From assembly GCA_028023455.1 (NCBI GenBank), contig JAQFVV010000009.1, forward strand, positions 16,120,001-16,184,000: DNA of 64,000 nucleotides, written 5' to 3'. Each line of letters begins with the position of its first letter. The stretch's first letter is position 1. The notes below the pieces were generated by a model that had not been told where the DNA came from, ran no database searches, and saw only the letters and a list, made by a program, of their open reading frames with translations. The translations under genes were made by a program, and so were the position numbers. The stretch comes from Epiperipatus broadwayi. Its lineage: Eukaryota > Animalia > Onychophora. Shown in pieces: positions 26,430 to 39,395 of the stretch.

Positions 26430-28446
26430 TTTAAAAGTTTTAAATGTCTGGGGTTTAAAGTTGAAAAAAAGAAAAAAAATGGCAAAGAAATGCTTTTTTT
26501 TTTTGTGGCATGATGGGGCAGTTGAACCGGATACTTTATCAGATTCAAAAGTTCTAGCACGTAAATTAAAACCAAGTTTTGTATGTGCAATAACACAATA
26601 CTTATTTATATTAAAATCTTATATTTTTAATTCTCAATTGATTTTAGTTTAAAATAATTTTTTTTGTGACGCTTTTCTTTTAAAGTAATTAAAAGCAAAA
26701 TTTAATTAATCTTTTTATTTTATTTTTAAAAAAAGTTGATTTATTTTTAAAGCTGGGATTTAGTTTGGCATGCTTTTTTTTTTTTTTAAATTAATTTTGT
26801 AAGATAAAGCCCTGTCAGATGTTGTTTTTCTAATTAAGATTGAGCGGGAGATAGAGATTTACCCTGGTTAAAACTTGCAATAAAATATTGCGCAGGAGAT
26901 AACAATGGATATAAATAGCTCTGGGGATTTTTTTTTTTTGATTAATTCAGACTATTCAGAGAGACTACTCTAGTCATTCAGCTTATTTATTCTCATTGCT
27001 CAGATTATTCAACTTCTTGTTATTAAGGTTCATCCAAATTTTTGTGTTATTGAACTGCTGTGTTGTTGAAATGATTCTGATTTTATTTGATATTTGTTTA
27101 ACAGGAATCACCAAGTTGAATTTCTGTTGACCGACAATAATTCTACTATTTGCCATGATAGCAGCGGCCATTTTGATGCCGTGCCTATAATCTACGCCAT
27201 GAAGAATCTCCACAACATGATGGGTTAAACCTTTCCAAAGATGAACCTTCAGAGCTCCAAAGTTGTGACTTCAATCATGATTTAAGTGCCAAGTCCAGAG
27301 CTGATCCCGATACTGTTTCCATTCTTCTGAACCTGTGGTAAATTAAAGCCACTATATAGGACTTTATAAACTGTAAACTTGTGTGAACAGCAAAAATTTT
27401 TATTATCTCGAGGTAGCTGATCTTTCTATATTAAAAATCAGGGTTAAATCTCTAATTAAGTCTCTAGCAAATCTCAGCTTAATCTTAAAAAGAAATTATA
27501 TTTATGATGTGTAACCTATTAATTTAAATATTAATGTATTGGTTTTTTTTATTATATCAGAATCTTAGTAGCAAGATTTTCCATCTTAAAATATTACTTA
27601 TTTGAGAGTGTATGGCGAGTGATATTTTATATGATTAATATTTTCTCAGTTCTATGATTAACCCTTGATAAATACTCAGGCCAATCTTAGTAGTTTTTTT
27701 TACTCTCCTGTCGTTTTTGTTTGTTTTCTTTGTCGTTAAACTTAATCAAACTTGGTTTGTGTTTTCGGCAGACCGCTGCTCTTTTGGCTGTGGTTTATGG
27801 AATATATAGTTCTGTTTTCTTGATAGAGATTTATTTTCTATGATTCAGATTACGTAGTCTGTAATCTTACCTTTTCTTGTGTGAGACTAACCTTGGCTTG
27901 TTTAAACGTACTTGTCCATGAGCGTTTTGCAAAATTAGGACATTCTTAGTTCTGACATTTCTTTTCCTGAATAAGAAAAGCTCATCTGCACTGTCTTGTT
28001 TGTTCTCCACAAGCATCCATCTTTCTAAATCTCTATAAAAAAAAATGGAATTGGTTTAGGTGAACTGCTAGCAGGAAGATATAAGGCCTTATTATGTCAT
28101 AGATGAGAAATGAACTTGTCTGCCTGGGTATTTAACGTATTACTGCTTGCATACACTCAATGTTAAGATCTGCTAAGAAAATGTAGATCAAGTTTTCATG
28201 TTTATTTTATTATATGTTTAAGAAATTTAAAAAGTTCTTGTAATTATTTTGGCTGACATTTGTCTCAGTGTTTTCTCAATTGTCTGAACAACATTCACAA
28301 GTTCTTGCTCTCCTTGGGTTTAGTCCAGCGCATTCAGGTTCGTATATCCTGTCCACCCTTAAAATAAATATCTAGTTCCGAATTTTCGTACTAGTGGCGC
28401 TCTTGGAGTCAGTATATACGAAACCAAAATCTTTCGTCCGGTAAAC
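26430..28446 (+). mobile_element. Putative ~2-kb gypsy LTR (26430-~28394) followed by PBS-like TGGCGCTC (28395)
   Basis: Starts right after the PPT; TATAAA ~26909; AATAAA ~28363; then TGGCG. There is no second LTR in the window to confirm the limits. Confidence 0.55.
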
Positions 28447-28955
28447 TATAGATGGTACCATAATGGATAAAAGTAATTATAGAATTAAACTTGGTCGGAG
28501 TGCTTTTGGTAGAAATAACTTAATTTTAAAAGGAAATTTGTCTATGTGTTTGAAAAGGTTTTTAATAAATGTGTTTTACTAGTTCTTATGTATCTGCTAC
28601 TTGGACACTTAATAGAAAAGCAATAGAGACTCCAAACCACTCAAAATGCATCATAAGAATAATAATAACAAATTGAAAACCCAATACAAGGGAAAGAGAA
28701 CAAATAGGTGTTAATGACATCATCGAAAGAATTAAAAGCTTGGGGTTGGGCTTGGCATATTGTTAGAAGAGATGATAATAGATGGACAATTGTAAACTTA
28801 AACAGAATTCCAGGAGATTGTAAAAGACTCAGAAAGAGACCACGAGATGATGGATGAAATATAAAGTGTGCAGGGATAATGTGGAGAAGAGGCTAGAGAT
28901 TGGAGATATACTGAACTTGGAGAGACTATCCTGCAGTGGAGTGATAAAGTAATAA
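28447..28955 (+). mobile_element. RTE LINE 3' part, right half of the split copy
   Basis: Resumes at tatagatggtaccataatgg, exactly where the 23550-24369 piece stops relative to copies 39239 and 60182; has the same ctgcagtgga end. Confidence 0.88.
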
Positions 28956-29669
28956 TCAATATATCCATTTATTACTAATTATTAATGAAAATTTTAAATA
29001 AATTAGGTAAATTATACGTTTTGATATATAACAATAATATGCAAATAGTGTGCATAAATAAGTTGTATTAATTCATATTTGTTTAATAGCCATTTAATTC
29101 ACAAATTTACCATTTTCAAAAATCTAGCCATATAAATGAAACAATTTTATATACAGTTTAAAATACTGCAATTTAAAATCCATGATTCAAGGACTATTGG
29201 ATTTGTGAATTTTTCGGATTTTTAATCAAGAATAGATCTGATATTTCCCCAATGTAAACCCAAAGTCAGGTAGAGTAGGGAAAAAAAGCAGAAAGCTCAT
29301 TGCAGTTAAACATGGACTTTTGATAAACATTTTTTCTGTTTCATTTTATTTATAAATATATATACAAACTGATTAATTTATTTATTTGTAAAAGGTTAAA
29401 AGTAATCTCTGAAATTTTGTTTGGATAATAGAATTTTTGAATAATATACATAAAACTAACGACATTCTACAAATATTGCATTTTAATATATTTTTAAAAT
29501 ATTGTTATCAATTTTCCTGATTTATGTAAGTAAAAAAAAAAAAAAAGTAAACATTATTACTAAAAATTTGGTTCGGTCAAAACACTAAATTTCAATATAT
29601 ACAAAAATAATGTAACGGTTGACAAAAATAATATAAAACATTTAACCATTATATATGACTCATATTTAC

Positions 29670-30612
29670 CATGTTCTTGCGGTTTATTCTCATACTTGCG
29701 ACTACCTGATGGGGTTCTATGCAATTCCTGAAGTGCCTTACTAAATAATCTTCCCTGATGGATTGATCTGGAACGGTTCAATGAATTATTTTCAATATCT
29801 TTATTCTCGGTTGGTGAAGATGTCTGCTTAAATGAGATTGGTTTCTCTGTCTTAAAGTCAGATTTATTAAAAATGTTTTTATGACTAAAAGTAATATTGG
29901 TATTAGTTTTGCTTTTAGGTGACACTGTGAAAGATGTATTCTTATCAGAGCTACGACAAAATTCTGATGCAGTAAATAATGGCTCTTTGACAATTTTATT
30001 AGACGACGTCCCAGATTTAAATAAAAATGGATTATTCAATATTGTTTTATCCGATTGAGTAGTTGGTGCAGAAAATGTATTATGAAAGGGTGAATTTGAA
30101 GTCGGAGAACCAAATACTGGATTTGTTTTAATCTTCTTGTCTAAAGAAAAACCAGAACCTGATGAAAATACCGAATTTCCAGAAGTCGATATTGTCGACA
30201 CAGGATTTGTGAAAGTAAAAGTAGAAGTGCCAGAAAATCCAGGTTGAATTGTACTCGCTTGAGTATTTAATCCAAAAACAAAATTCGACTTTGAGGGCTT
30301 TACATTAGGCGATGAAAATGTAAAGTTATTGTTAGAAGCTAAACCACCAAATCCTTGAGATATGGTTGCACTATTATTTTGAAAAGGTTTTGTTGACGAC
30401 GGGCCAAACGCTGTAATAGTAGTATTTCTATTAAAAAATGTAAAATTTTGAGGAATGACAGTATTAGACCCAGGATTAGTTGCGAAAGGATTTACTTGAT
30501 TTCCTGGACTAGAAAATGTTCCAAAACCCACATTAGTCATATTTTGACTATTTTCAGAAATATTTACATTTTTTTGCATGTTTATTAGCGGATTTTGAAA
30601 AACGTTAGACAT
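29670..30612 (-). CDS. MCM3AP: GANP/MCM3AP (xmas-2/Sac3 family) coding exon 1: 943 nt, 314 codons +1, S/T/N/F-rich FG-nucleoporin-like N-terminus
   Basis: ORF 29560..30612 with many FG/FSF/FTF motifs; donor CATG|GTAAAT after QEH (phase 1) joins in frame to the RRM exon. Identity rests on downstream exons matching the remembered human GANP RRM and pre-Sac3 sequence. Confidence 0.9.
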
Positions 30613-30921
30613 TTTTTTATTGTGCGCCTTTTACGATTAAGGAAAATTTAAAACAATCTTAAATGTAATAAGACAATAGGATAAGCTTTTTTCCGCCATG
30701 ACACTATAGCAATTTCAAAACTATAAGCAGAATCAACGTTCTTTACTATTTATTGATGAAAAGTATATTTTTTAATTTTCAATTTTTTCTTTTTAATTTT
30801 AAAATTTAAATAATTGGAAATTTTTATAAAAACAAATTATGTAAGTATATTTTATATAAATTTAAAATTAAAAAATAGCGAATCAATATTTTGATAAATC
30901 ACTAATGTTGCTGAATGAAAT
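30613..30921. promoter_or_regulatory. Bidirectional promoter / 5' UTRs shared by GANP (-) and ST7 (+)
   Basis: 309 bp between divergent ATGs. CpG is retained here and in GANP exon 1 against a CpG-poor background; CCGCCAT (YY1-like) near 30693. Confidence 0.75.
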
Positions 30922-31072
30922 ATGGCGGGCATCTTTAGTGGAACTCTAGATAAAATCAAAGGTTGGATTACTTGGTCTTGGACTTATCTTTGGGCTCTTT
31001 GGTTTTTGCTTGTTGTTTTTCTTGTTTATATTTTGAGAGGACCACTTAAAATAAGTGAAAATATTGCTATTG
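30922..31072 (+). CDS. ST7: ST7 (suppression of tumorigenicity 7 family) coding exon 1: 151 nt, [50 protein letters not shown]
   Basis: Very similar to the human ST7 N-terminus (LKSCIVWSWTYLWTVWFFIVLFLVYILRVPLKINDNLST); phase-1 donor G|GTAAGT. Confidence 0.93.
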
Positions 31073-32259
31073 GTAAGTGCATGCGTATTTTTTTTTTAAT
31101 TATCATTTTTAAGTTTATTTTGTCGAAAATTGTTCTCTGTGAAATTTATATAAGTTAAATAAGATATAAATAATAATAAAAAAACGCCATACTTCAAACT
31201 ATTTTCAAACATAATGATTTGTTTGTGCGATGGTGTTAATAATAAAGTTATTTATCTGTTTTGCTGTTTATGTTTTTTTTTATTTGATTGAGTAGCTAGT
31301 TTTTATTATTTTCAGTTGATTAGTAATTAATTAAATACACCATTTCCAACTTTCTTATACTCTTTATTTAACAATACTATTTTTTCTATCACAACTTTAT
31401 TCTTACAGTTGTGATAGAAAAAATAATATTGTTAAAGTGTATAAAAAAGTTGGCTATGTAAATATACAAATCAATACATAAGAAAAGGAAGAAAAAGAAA
31501 ATTAATTAAATCGTAATTTTGTAATTAATTATTCAGTTCATTATGGATTTCACATGAATTGATTGTTAAGATGTGTTTTTCCAGGAGGTTCTAATTAAAA
31601 ATAGAGTGATGTTACAAAATTTGAATCGTTATGAATAGAAATCGAAGATCTTTACGATTATACAAACATATTTTTTGAACTTAATCTTTTGTTATTATAG
31701 CTATTTTTAATAGATCATTCAAAATATCGATCTTTTTATAAACAATGTTTTTATTTTTTTTAATTTAATAATGATTAGTTTTTATCGATCCTTGACTTCC
31801 CTTTTGTGGAGTCGCAAGCAGTGATTTATGGTATAACGTGTCAGCTAGGTATTATATTTTTTGTTTTATATTGAATATATGCTTTCCACTTCTAATAACC
31901 TTTATAAGGAAATTTGTCTTAATCTATTTTGCCTTGCATTCTTTTTGTTTTGATTTTGTTTCTTAATTCTTTACTACTGATATCTATCTTAGGCAGTAGA
32001 AATATACAGTGGGATTGATGGTAGTGGATACAATCATGTCAATGCCTACATTCATTTCTAGCTACGAAGAAAGCAGTCATAAATTGCTTCTTTTTACTAT
32101 GTTGGAAATCATGAATAATAAGATAAGTTACAATGCTGGAAAGTAATTCCCTCAGATCTGAAATCCATTGACATGTTAATGAGAACGAATCTAATCATAT
32201 TGGCTTGTATGATTAGGCTAGATCAAAGCCTTTTAGAATTTTGTTACCAATATCATTGC

Positions 32260-34700
32260 TGAAAAAGAAATTCAAAGATTTTATATATGAACATTCTATT
32301 TTTTTATTTAGTCATGAGCAAAAAAAAAAAAAAATGATATGACATTTATCATTGTAAGGAAGAATATTGCAACATTGTCATTAAATATAATTCTATTTAT
32401 GATTGATTGATATCAATTTAAATTTGTGGACACCCATTCAACATTACCATAATTCAAATCTAAACTCCAGAATTGAAATAAATAAAAAAAACATTATGGA
32501 ATTTTACGATCAGACATGATCTGAATTTGATAGAAATATTTTGTGATCAATGGCTGGAATGTCAAAGTAGGAAAAAAAATACTTTCAGTCAATATGGATT
32601 GGTAAGATAAAATGATGCTACTATGTTGTTTAATTATCCAAAGCATCAACTAAACATATGAATATTACTTGAAGGAATTCATAAGAATTAAAATGATTAC
32701 ATTTTTATCATCCAGCAATGTTACCATAATTCAAATCTAAACTCCAGAATTGAAATAAATAAAAAAAACATTATGGAATTTTACGATCAGACATGAGCTG
32801 CATTTGATAGAAATATTTTGTGATCAATGGCTGGAATGTCAAAGTAGGAAAAAAAATACTTTCAGTCAATATGGATTGGTAAGATAAAATGATGCTACTA
32901 TGTTGTTTAATTATCCAAAGCATCAACTAAACATATGAATATTACTTGAAGGAATTCATAAGAATTAAAATGATTACATTTTTATCATCCAGCAATGTTA
33001 CCATAATTCAAATCTAAACTCCAGAATTGAAATAAATAAAAAAAACATTATGGAATTTTACGATCAGACATGAGCTGAATTTGATAGAAATATTTTGTGA
33101 TCAATGGCTGGAATGTCAAAGTAGGAAAAAAAATACTTTCAGTCAATATGGATTGGTAAGATAAAATGATGCTACTATGTTGTTTAATTATCCAAAGCAT
33201 CAACTAAACATATGAATATTACTTGAAGGAATTCATAAGAATTAAAATGATTACATTTTTATCATCCAGCAATGTAAGATTTCAGTTTTACCAGTAAAAA
33301 CACTGGTAGGAACTGATCATGAATCACTAATGTGTAAATTTCTAGAAAAGCTGATAAAGAATTACAAATATATTCAGTACCTAGATAAAACTTAAAAAAA
33401 AAAAAAACGAATATATGTATTACTTTCGAAAATAACATCAGATTTAAGTTTTGGAATTAATTTATTATTGAACCAGATAAACAGTAAATGAAATTGACAA
33501 AAATAATTATATTGAGAAATCTAAGAAAAGTTTAAATAAGATGTGAAATAATCAGGAAATCTCAATAGATATCTGGAAAAAAAAGTTGAAGCAATCAAAA
33601 AATATAGTGTCATTGTAAAGACAAGATTTAATATTATAATAATTATTTAAAAACATTAAAAATGGAAACACTCTTATAAAATTAAAATCTCTTTTAAAGA
33701 TTTTAAAATCATAAGAAAATGTAAAGTTTAAGTAAATTATTGAAAAATACCCATGAATAAATTAAAATCAAAGATCAATGGAGAGGGAATAAATATGCAG
33801 AAGAGTTAAACCACAAAAACATTAATTACAAAACTTTTGATGAATATCCTACATAGAAGAATCTTCAGTAATGGGAAATAAGATCAGTTTAAATATGAGA
33901 TTATTGCTTAAAGGCAGATGATTGGAAAAAATAGAATTTGATCAGAAATTTTGCAGAAAAATTGAAAAATTACTAAAAGTTCTGACCAAATTATTATAGT
34001 CATTTTAAAAACTTCTTAATGACTTACTGATTGGGAGAAATTAAATTATATTTCATTACTAATTTATGTCAGATAAGAGAAAAGACCAGGGAATAATATA
34101 AAAAAGTCTATATATGCTAAATCTCTGATTCAATAGATCTTGTATGAAAGTTCTTATGAATTAAAATCACCATACTATTAAGAAGGCTGTGATAAAACAT
34201 TAAATAAGATTGCATATATATACAGTAGTTAAATATCCAATATAAAAAAATTATTTGTCCACAATGTTGTTTTAAATACATACTTAGTGTAATAATCTAT
34301 ATAAAATTGAACAAACAACTACTGTAATTATGTTTACAATTATTTAATTATCAACCTGGCTTTCATCTCTTAATGAGACCTTTTCAAGATATAAAGACTG
34401 CATATTATCACCCTACCTATGGAATTTATATAATAAAATATTGATGAGGGAAGGTGGATTGGATGAAGACACATGCAGATTCATGGTTAATGGAAGAAGC
34501 ATCAACAGGCATGTTAATGACACACAGCTGAAAATTAAGAATATGTTATCAATCTCATTAGAAAAGTTAAAGAAAGGATTATGGTTAAATATTCAATAGA
34601 CAATATTATTCAGTGATATTAAAATTGATGATAAAACATATTGACAGTTTTTGTCTCTTTGGATTTTTAAATAATAGTGTGGGCAATTATTAAGAAGTTC
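32260..34700 (+). mobile_element. Old degenerate RTE/BovB-like LINE
   Basis: ~34395-34520 reads xDCILSPYLWNLY..ILMREGGLDEDT..F.VNGRSIN, cf. BovB RQGCILSP.LFNLY.E.IMR.AGL; endonuclease-like sequence upstream. Confidence 0.6.
32444..33274 (+). repeat. Three tandem copies of a 277-bp unit, nearly identical
   Basis: Units start at 32444, 32721 and 32998; the differences I saw were only in gatctgaa / gagctgca / gagctgaa. Confidence 0.95.
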
Positions 34701-36194
34701 ATATGACATTCAAGTTTTCAAAAAAAAAACAAAAAAAACAAGTTGAATGCAATAGTTCCACTTAATTAATCAAACTGAAATTTTTTTCATCTAACAATTG
34801 ATCTAGGAATATTTCGCACTTGAATTTTTTTCCTATTCTAAATTTCTAGATCTCATCTATTCAGTATAAGGGATTTTAATAAAGACATTCATCATAAACT
34901 AATACTGTAAATAATTGCAATGAAAAACCCAGAAAAGATTTTTAGATGTACAAACTTATAAGATGATTATTGGAATTATTTAATCTGTGATGTTTTTTTT
35001 TTTTGATTCTTTGTGGATGTGAAAGCTGGTCATTAAAAAAGTATGATAGGAAAAATATTGATAATTTTGAACTTATGTGTTTATGAAGACTTTTAGGGAT
35101 ACCAGGGACATAAAGAAATGAAGAAGTGGATACTTGATTAAATTGGCCTGAATTTCAAATGACCCTCTTGATTTCTAATTCATTAGAAAATTATATATAA
35201 TATTAGTGGTGATAGAAGAAAAGAAATACCCCCCCCCCCACACACACCCAATTGAATTTGGTTGATTCCTTTATCACAATAATAAATTAGCCTTTGAGCA
35301 GTCTGAAATTCAAACACTTGATAGATAATTGTAAAGAAATATTATTCATATGAGTGCCAGAAGTCAATAATAATTTTAATATTTTATTCATTTTATCTGC
35401 TCAGCACATTTTTATTTTATTTTTATATCATCAACTTAAAAAAAACCCACAATTTCAAAATGTTTGTTCATCTGTTTAGATACCTAAACAAATTTGTGAT
35501 TCCATCAAGAGTAACACTTTATCATTATTGTTTTTTATGCTTTTTTTCCTGAAGCACATTAAATCTAAAGAAATAATCATGAGAAATTATATGATTTTTA
35601 CTATTCATGAATTGATTTAATTATTCTATAACAAACATTTAAAAATTGATATTTTGTTGATGATTATCTAGAACAATCAAAATGATTTTTGAATCCTAAA
35701 AAGCTTGCAACCAAAAGTTTTTATTTATTTATTTGTTTGTTGATGATTTATTTTGATCATTATTTTTGTTCATCATTGTTTTATTTTATTTATCACAGTT
35801 AATTGCAGCTTCTTATTGTTGGTTCTATATCAGTAATATTACAGGGTCTTACATGTGGAGATCTCATGCAAATTAAGCTAATTAATTGCTCTATATATTG
35901 TACCGCTCGAAAACACACATATATATGCATTACATATACTTTAATAATTTTAAAAAAAAAATAGCATAAGATATTTTAAGAATAAATTAAAATATTGCAT
36001 CAGATATTTTAAGTAGATTTGTTTTATTAATAGTAAGGGAGGGGAAAGGGAATACAATTTAGATAAAGATTCAGAATCCACTTTCTTTTTATAATTAAAT
36101 AAGAAAATAACTGTTAGAATTAAAGAAAGAAAATAAATGTTAAAAGATTTTAAAATAGAATTAAACAATAAAATTAATTAATAAAGATAATCCT

Positions 36195-36964
36195 TGTAAA
36201 CTATCTCATCAGCAGGAATGCACTTAAATTTTGGAAAAGATTCCTGGCCGATAAGATAGTAGGCAGTAGACGAATCTAAGAGAAAGATTAAATAAATCAT
36301 TTGAATGTAATTAAAATGCTAAAAACCAAAAATCTGATTTAGATGGATAATAGGAGAATCAGGTATAAAAGCGGTGGCTTGATAGTTGGAGGGATCTTTT
36401 CTTCTGCTGTTCACTCTTCATTTAGCCAGATCAAGGAGAGAAATCAACAGTAGCAGTTTTTCTATTGTGTATAAAATTTTAAAAGTTACGAGCTGGAAAG
36501 CAGCAACATGCATTGCTAAAAGAACTCAGGATTGTCCATCTAGACTTTATGGCCTGGTCCCCATCACTCGCCTGCTAGCAGTATCTCGCTCGCATGATAG
36601 ACTACTGAATATTCTTTCCTATTGCCATTGGAAAGTCAAGAAAAAGAGAAAAAATCATAGCTGAAGAATGAAAAGGATCACAAACCATAGAAAGAAAACC
36701 GTGCTGTCAAAAGATAACATTATCTCCCCATTATGAAAACCTAGATAAATATAAACATTCTAAAGTTATTACTGAAAGTCTAGACATTACTAAGAGAAAG
36801 GACTATTAGTGCTATAAAATATTTTAATGGTAATAATTATTGTATGGTTGTTTTTTATTGTATTGAATATATATGTGTGTGTGTGGTAATAAAAGGGTTT
36901 GTTGAATATTACTTGGTCTATTTCCTCTCTTTATCTGCATCACCTTGATTATATAATTGTTACC
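36195..36964 (+). mobile_element. Possible solo LTR (~770 bp)
   Basis: Starts TGTAAAC, ends TGTTACC; ggTATAAAAgcgg at ~36362; AATAAA ~36889; GC-richer than its flanks. No TSD or clear PBS. Confidence 0.35.
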
Positions 36965-39238
36965 GTGTACTCATTGTTAATGCGCTGGGTCCCTTGTACA
37001 AGATGTTGGAGCTAGCCTGGGTAAGTTTCAAGTGCTGGATTTGTTTGCCATTCATCCAGGCATGCCGGCTATATAAAGTTTATATGGCCAGATGGCAGCT
37101 GAGATTTGTCTTAAAACAAATAAATTGCGTTGGAGGATTTGTGTTGTCCCACAGTGTGGAGAGGTGCTATGATCAGGAAAAATGGTCGGGGCTGTGTGTT
37201 CATGTAACCTCGATCTAGTCATAGGTATCATTGACAGTTAATCTATCAATGATATTCTATCCCTTTGCTTGAAGGTGCATCTGCAAAGATGTGAACTTTC
37301 AAAAAAATATCAAAGGTCTTAGAGAAATAAAACTTAAATAATGAATTAAATAATTAAATAATAAATGAAGAATAAGGGTTGTCATCTGATAGTGAAATAA
37401 CACATATAAATAGATGTGAATAGAAATAATAGTATGTTTTGTTTTTAACATGCGTAATGTATAAAATTTCGAAGCATTAACAGTACAATATGTTAATAGA
37501 GATATGTAGTCAGTTAATAAATGTAGACAGTACCATAAAATAAAATTAAATAATCTAAATAGTAATAATCCTAAATATAATAATAATATAAAATCATAAC
37601 CCCCATGATCATTACAATATATATTTTAATAACTTTTTTTTTATATTTCTTTGAGGTAGAAATGTTCTCATTTTTGACTTAAATATTTTTCTCCAAGAAC
37701 ATGATTATTTTTTTAAAATCCTATATTCAGCAATATGAATATTGTGACACAGAATAGCTTTAACAAAATCACATAAAATAAACTATGTAAAAATCTTTTT
37801 ATTATTCAAGTTGATTACTTTTTTGAGATGAACACTCGAATAGATGTCTCTCTCATTAAGCTAATATGAATATCACTTAAAAGCTGAGACAAAATTTATT
37901 TTCACTTTAAAGAGAATATTACTTCTGATTTTTTAAAGAATAAGAGATGTATCAAAAAATAATATGAAATAATATGTGGTTCAACTCTTGATGCTCATTG
38001 ATGGTGATACAATTCAGATTAGGATACTTTATTCATTCTTATTATTATTTTTTACTTGATAATTATATCAAGATAAAGTAATATATGAGTTCTCTAGATT
38101 ATATTTTTCAACAATATATTATTTCTCATCATTCCAATATGAATAATCAATGGATGGATACCAGATAATAAAACTAACAGATTCCAGACTAGTTACTGGT
38201 TATTAGCTTTTTTCATTGCAAAAGCATAATTATTCAGAAGTTTTTTTTAATATTTTTTTATTATGCTATTTAAGCTAATGGCTTGAATCTTCAAATTTAA
38301 CCTAAGATTTTTTTAATTAAGCATATTTGCATTTTTGATAATGTTTAAGTGTGATAGGTCAATAATTATATCTTTTGTGTTTTCAGTTATGAAATAATTG
38401 TGGTTTGAACTTTTGGTAGAAGGATGAACAGATACATCAAGCAAAATAACTCATGATTCCTCTAGTTGTCATGTAAGCTGCATTTGTTAGCAGTAATTCA
38501 TTTCATATTATTGTATTTCTTTAAGCATGGATAATCAGTATTATCTGATAGTAGCCCAAACATAGTCTTACTATAGAAAATCAATAATTAGAAATTCTTC
38601 TGGGGATTTATTTGATATGACCATTTAGTAGTTTGAAAAAAGAAATTGGAAAATGAATTATTGCAGTCAAATACATTTTTTATTAACATTATTGTGATTA
38701 TTGTGACCTGAAGATTTGTTTTAAAATATTGTAAAATTATTATTATCATGAATACATCTTAGATGAAAAGCATCGGTAATGTGAATTGAGTTTTATTGAA
38801 TCAAATTTCTACTTCCAAAATACTATTCATAAATAAATATGGCTTTTTAGCTCTAACTGAAAAAAAAATGTAGAAAGACAAAAATTGAAAGATTAAGAAA
38901 TAAAATATTGGAATTAAAATTGCTTCATGTGTACGCAGACGATAGATGTTTAATCTCACCGTCTTTGCTTTTCATGGTTTAGGGCAGATAAATTCAAAAT
39001 CTATGAATTGCTGTTCCAGTTCCTTCATCTCAGTACTTGCTCCAGAACAATAAACATTCCATTAATTATACCATCACTCTTAATATAGTTAGATGACTAA
39101 AGGCTATAGATGGTCATGCCCTATACATGCTTAAGTGATTGAAGATAATATTAAAAAAATAAGAAATGATTGCACAATGTCATCTTTGTGTACATGTATA
39201 ATTTAAAAACCTAGAAAATATTTATGTAATGAATAATT

Positions 39239-39395
39239 GGCTGCAGGGAGGAGATTGCTATTAACTGAAAGGAGACCCTTTGATTCTTCTTGGAGGCTTT
39301 GAAGGAACGGAGCAGGGAAAATTCCTAATGTCTACTCCATACGTTTTTGTTGTTGCAGCTATTATTACTATGTGATTATTCATATACAAACATGG
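39239..39395 (+). ncRNA. Degenerate HDV-like ribozyme fold at the RTE 5' terminus
   Basis: P1 GGCTGCA (39239-45) / TGCAGCT (39354-60) with G1-U wobble; L3-like TCCATACGT; P4 TATGTGA/TCATATA; then C39387-AAA and a P2-like CAT pairing with ATG. The P1.1 GG is missing. Confidence 0.55.

Noticed and set aside
26983-27213. 76-aa minus-strand ORF
   Set aside because: It lies within the putative gypsy LTR, with no motif or splice support.
29778-29993. 71-aa overlapping ORF in GANP exon 1
   Set aside because: It is an alternate frame of low-complexity coding DNA with no independent support.
36386-36664. 92-aa plus-strand ORF
   Set aside because: Non-ATG start, inside the LTR-like segment, no recognisable domain.
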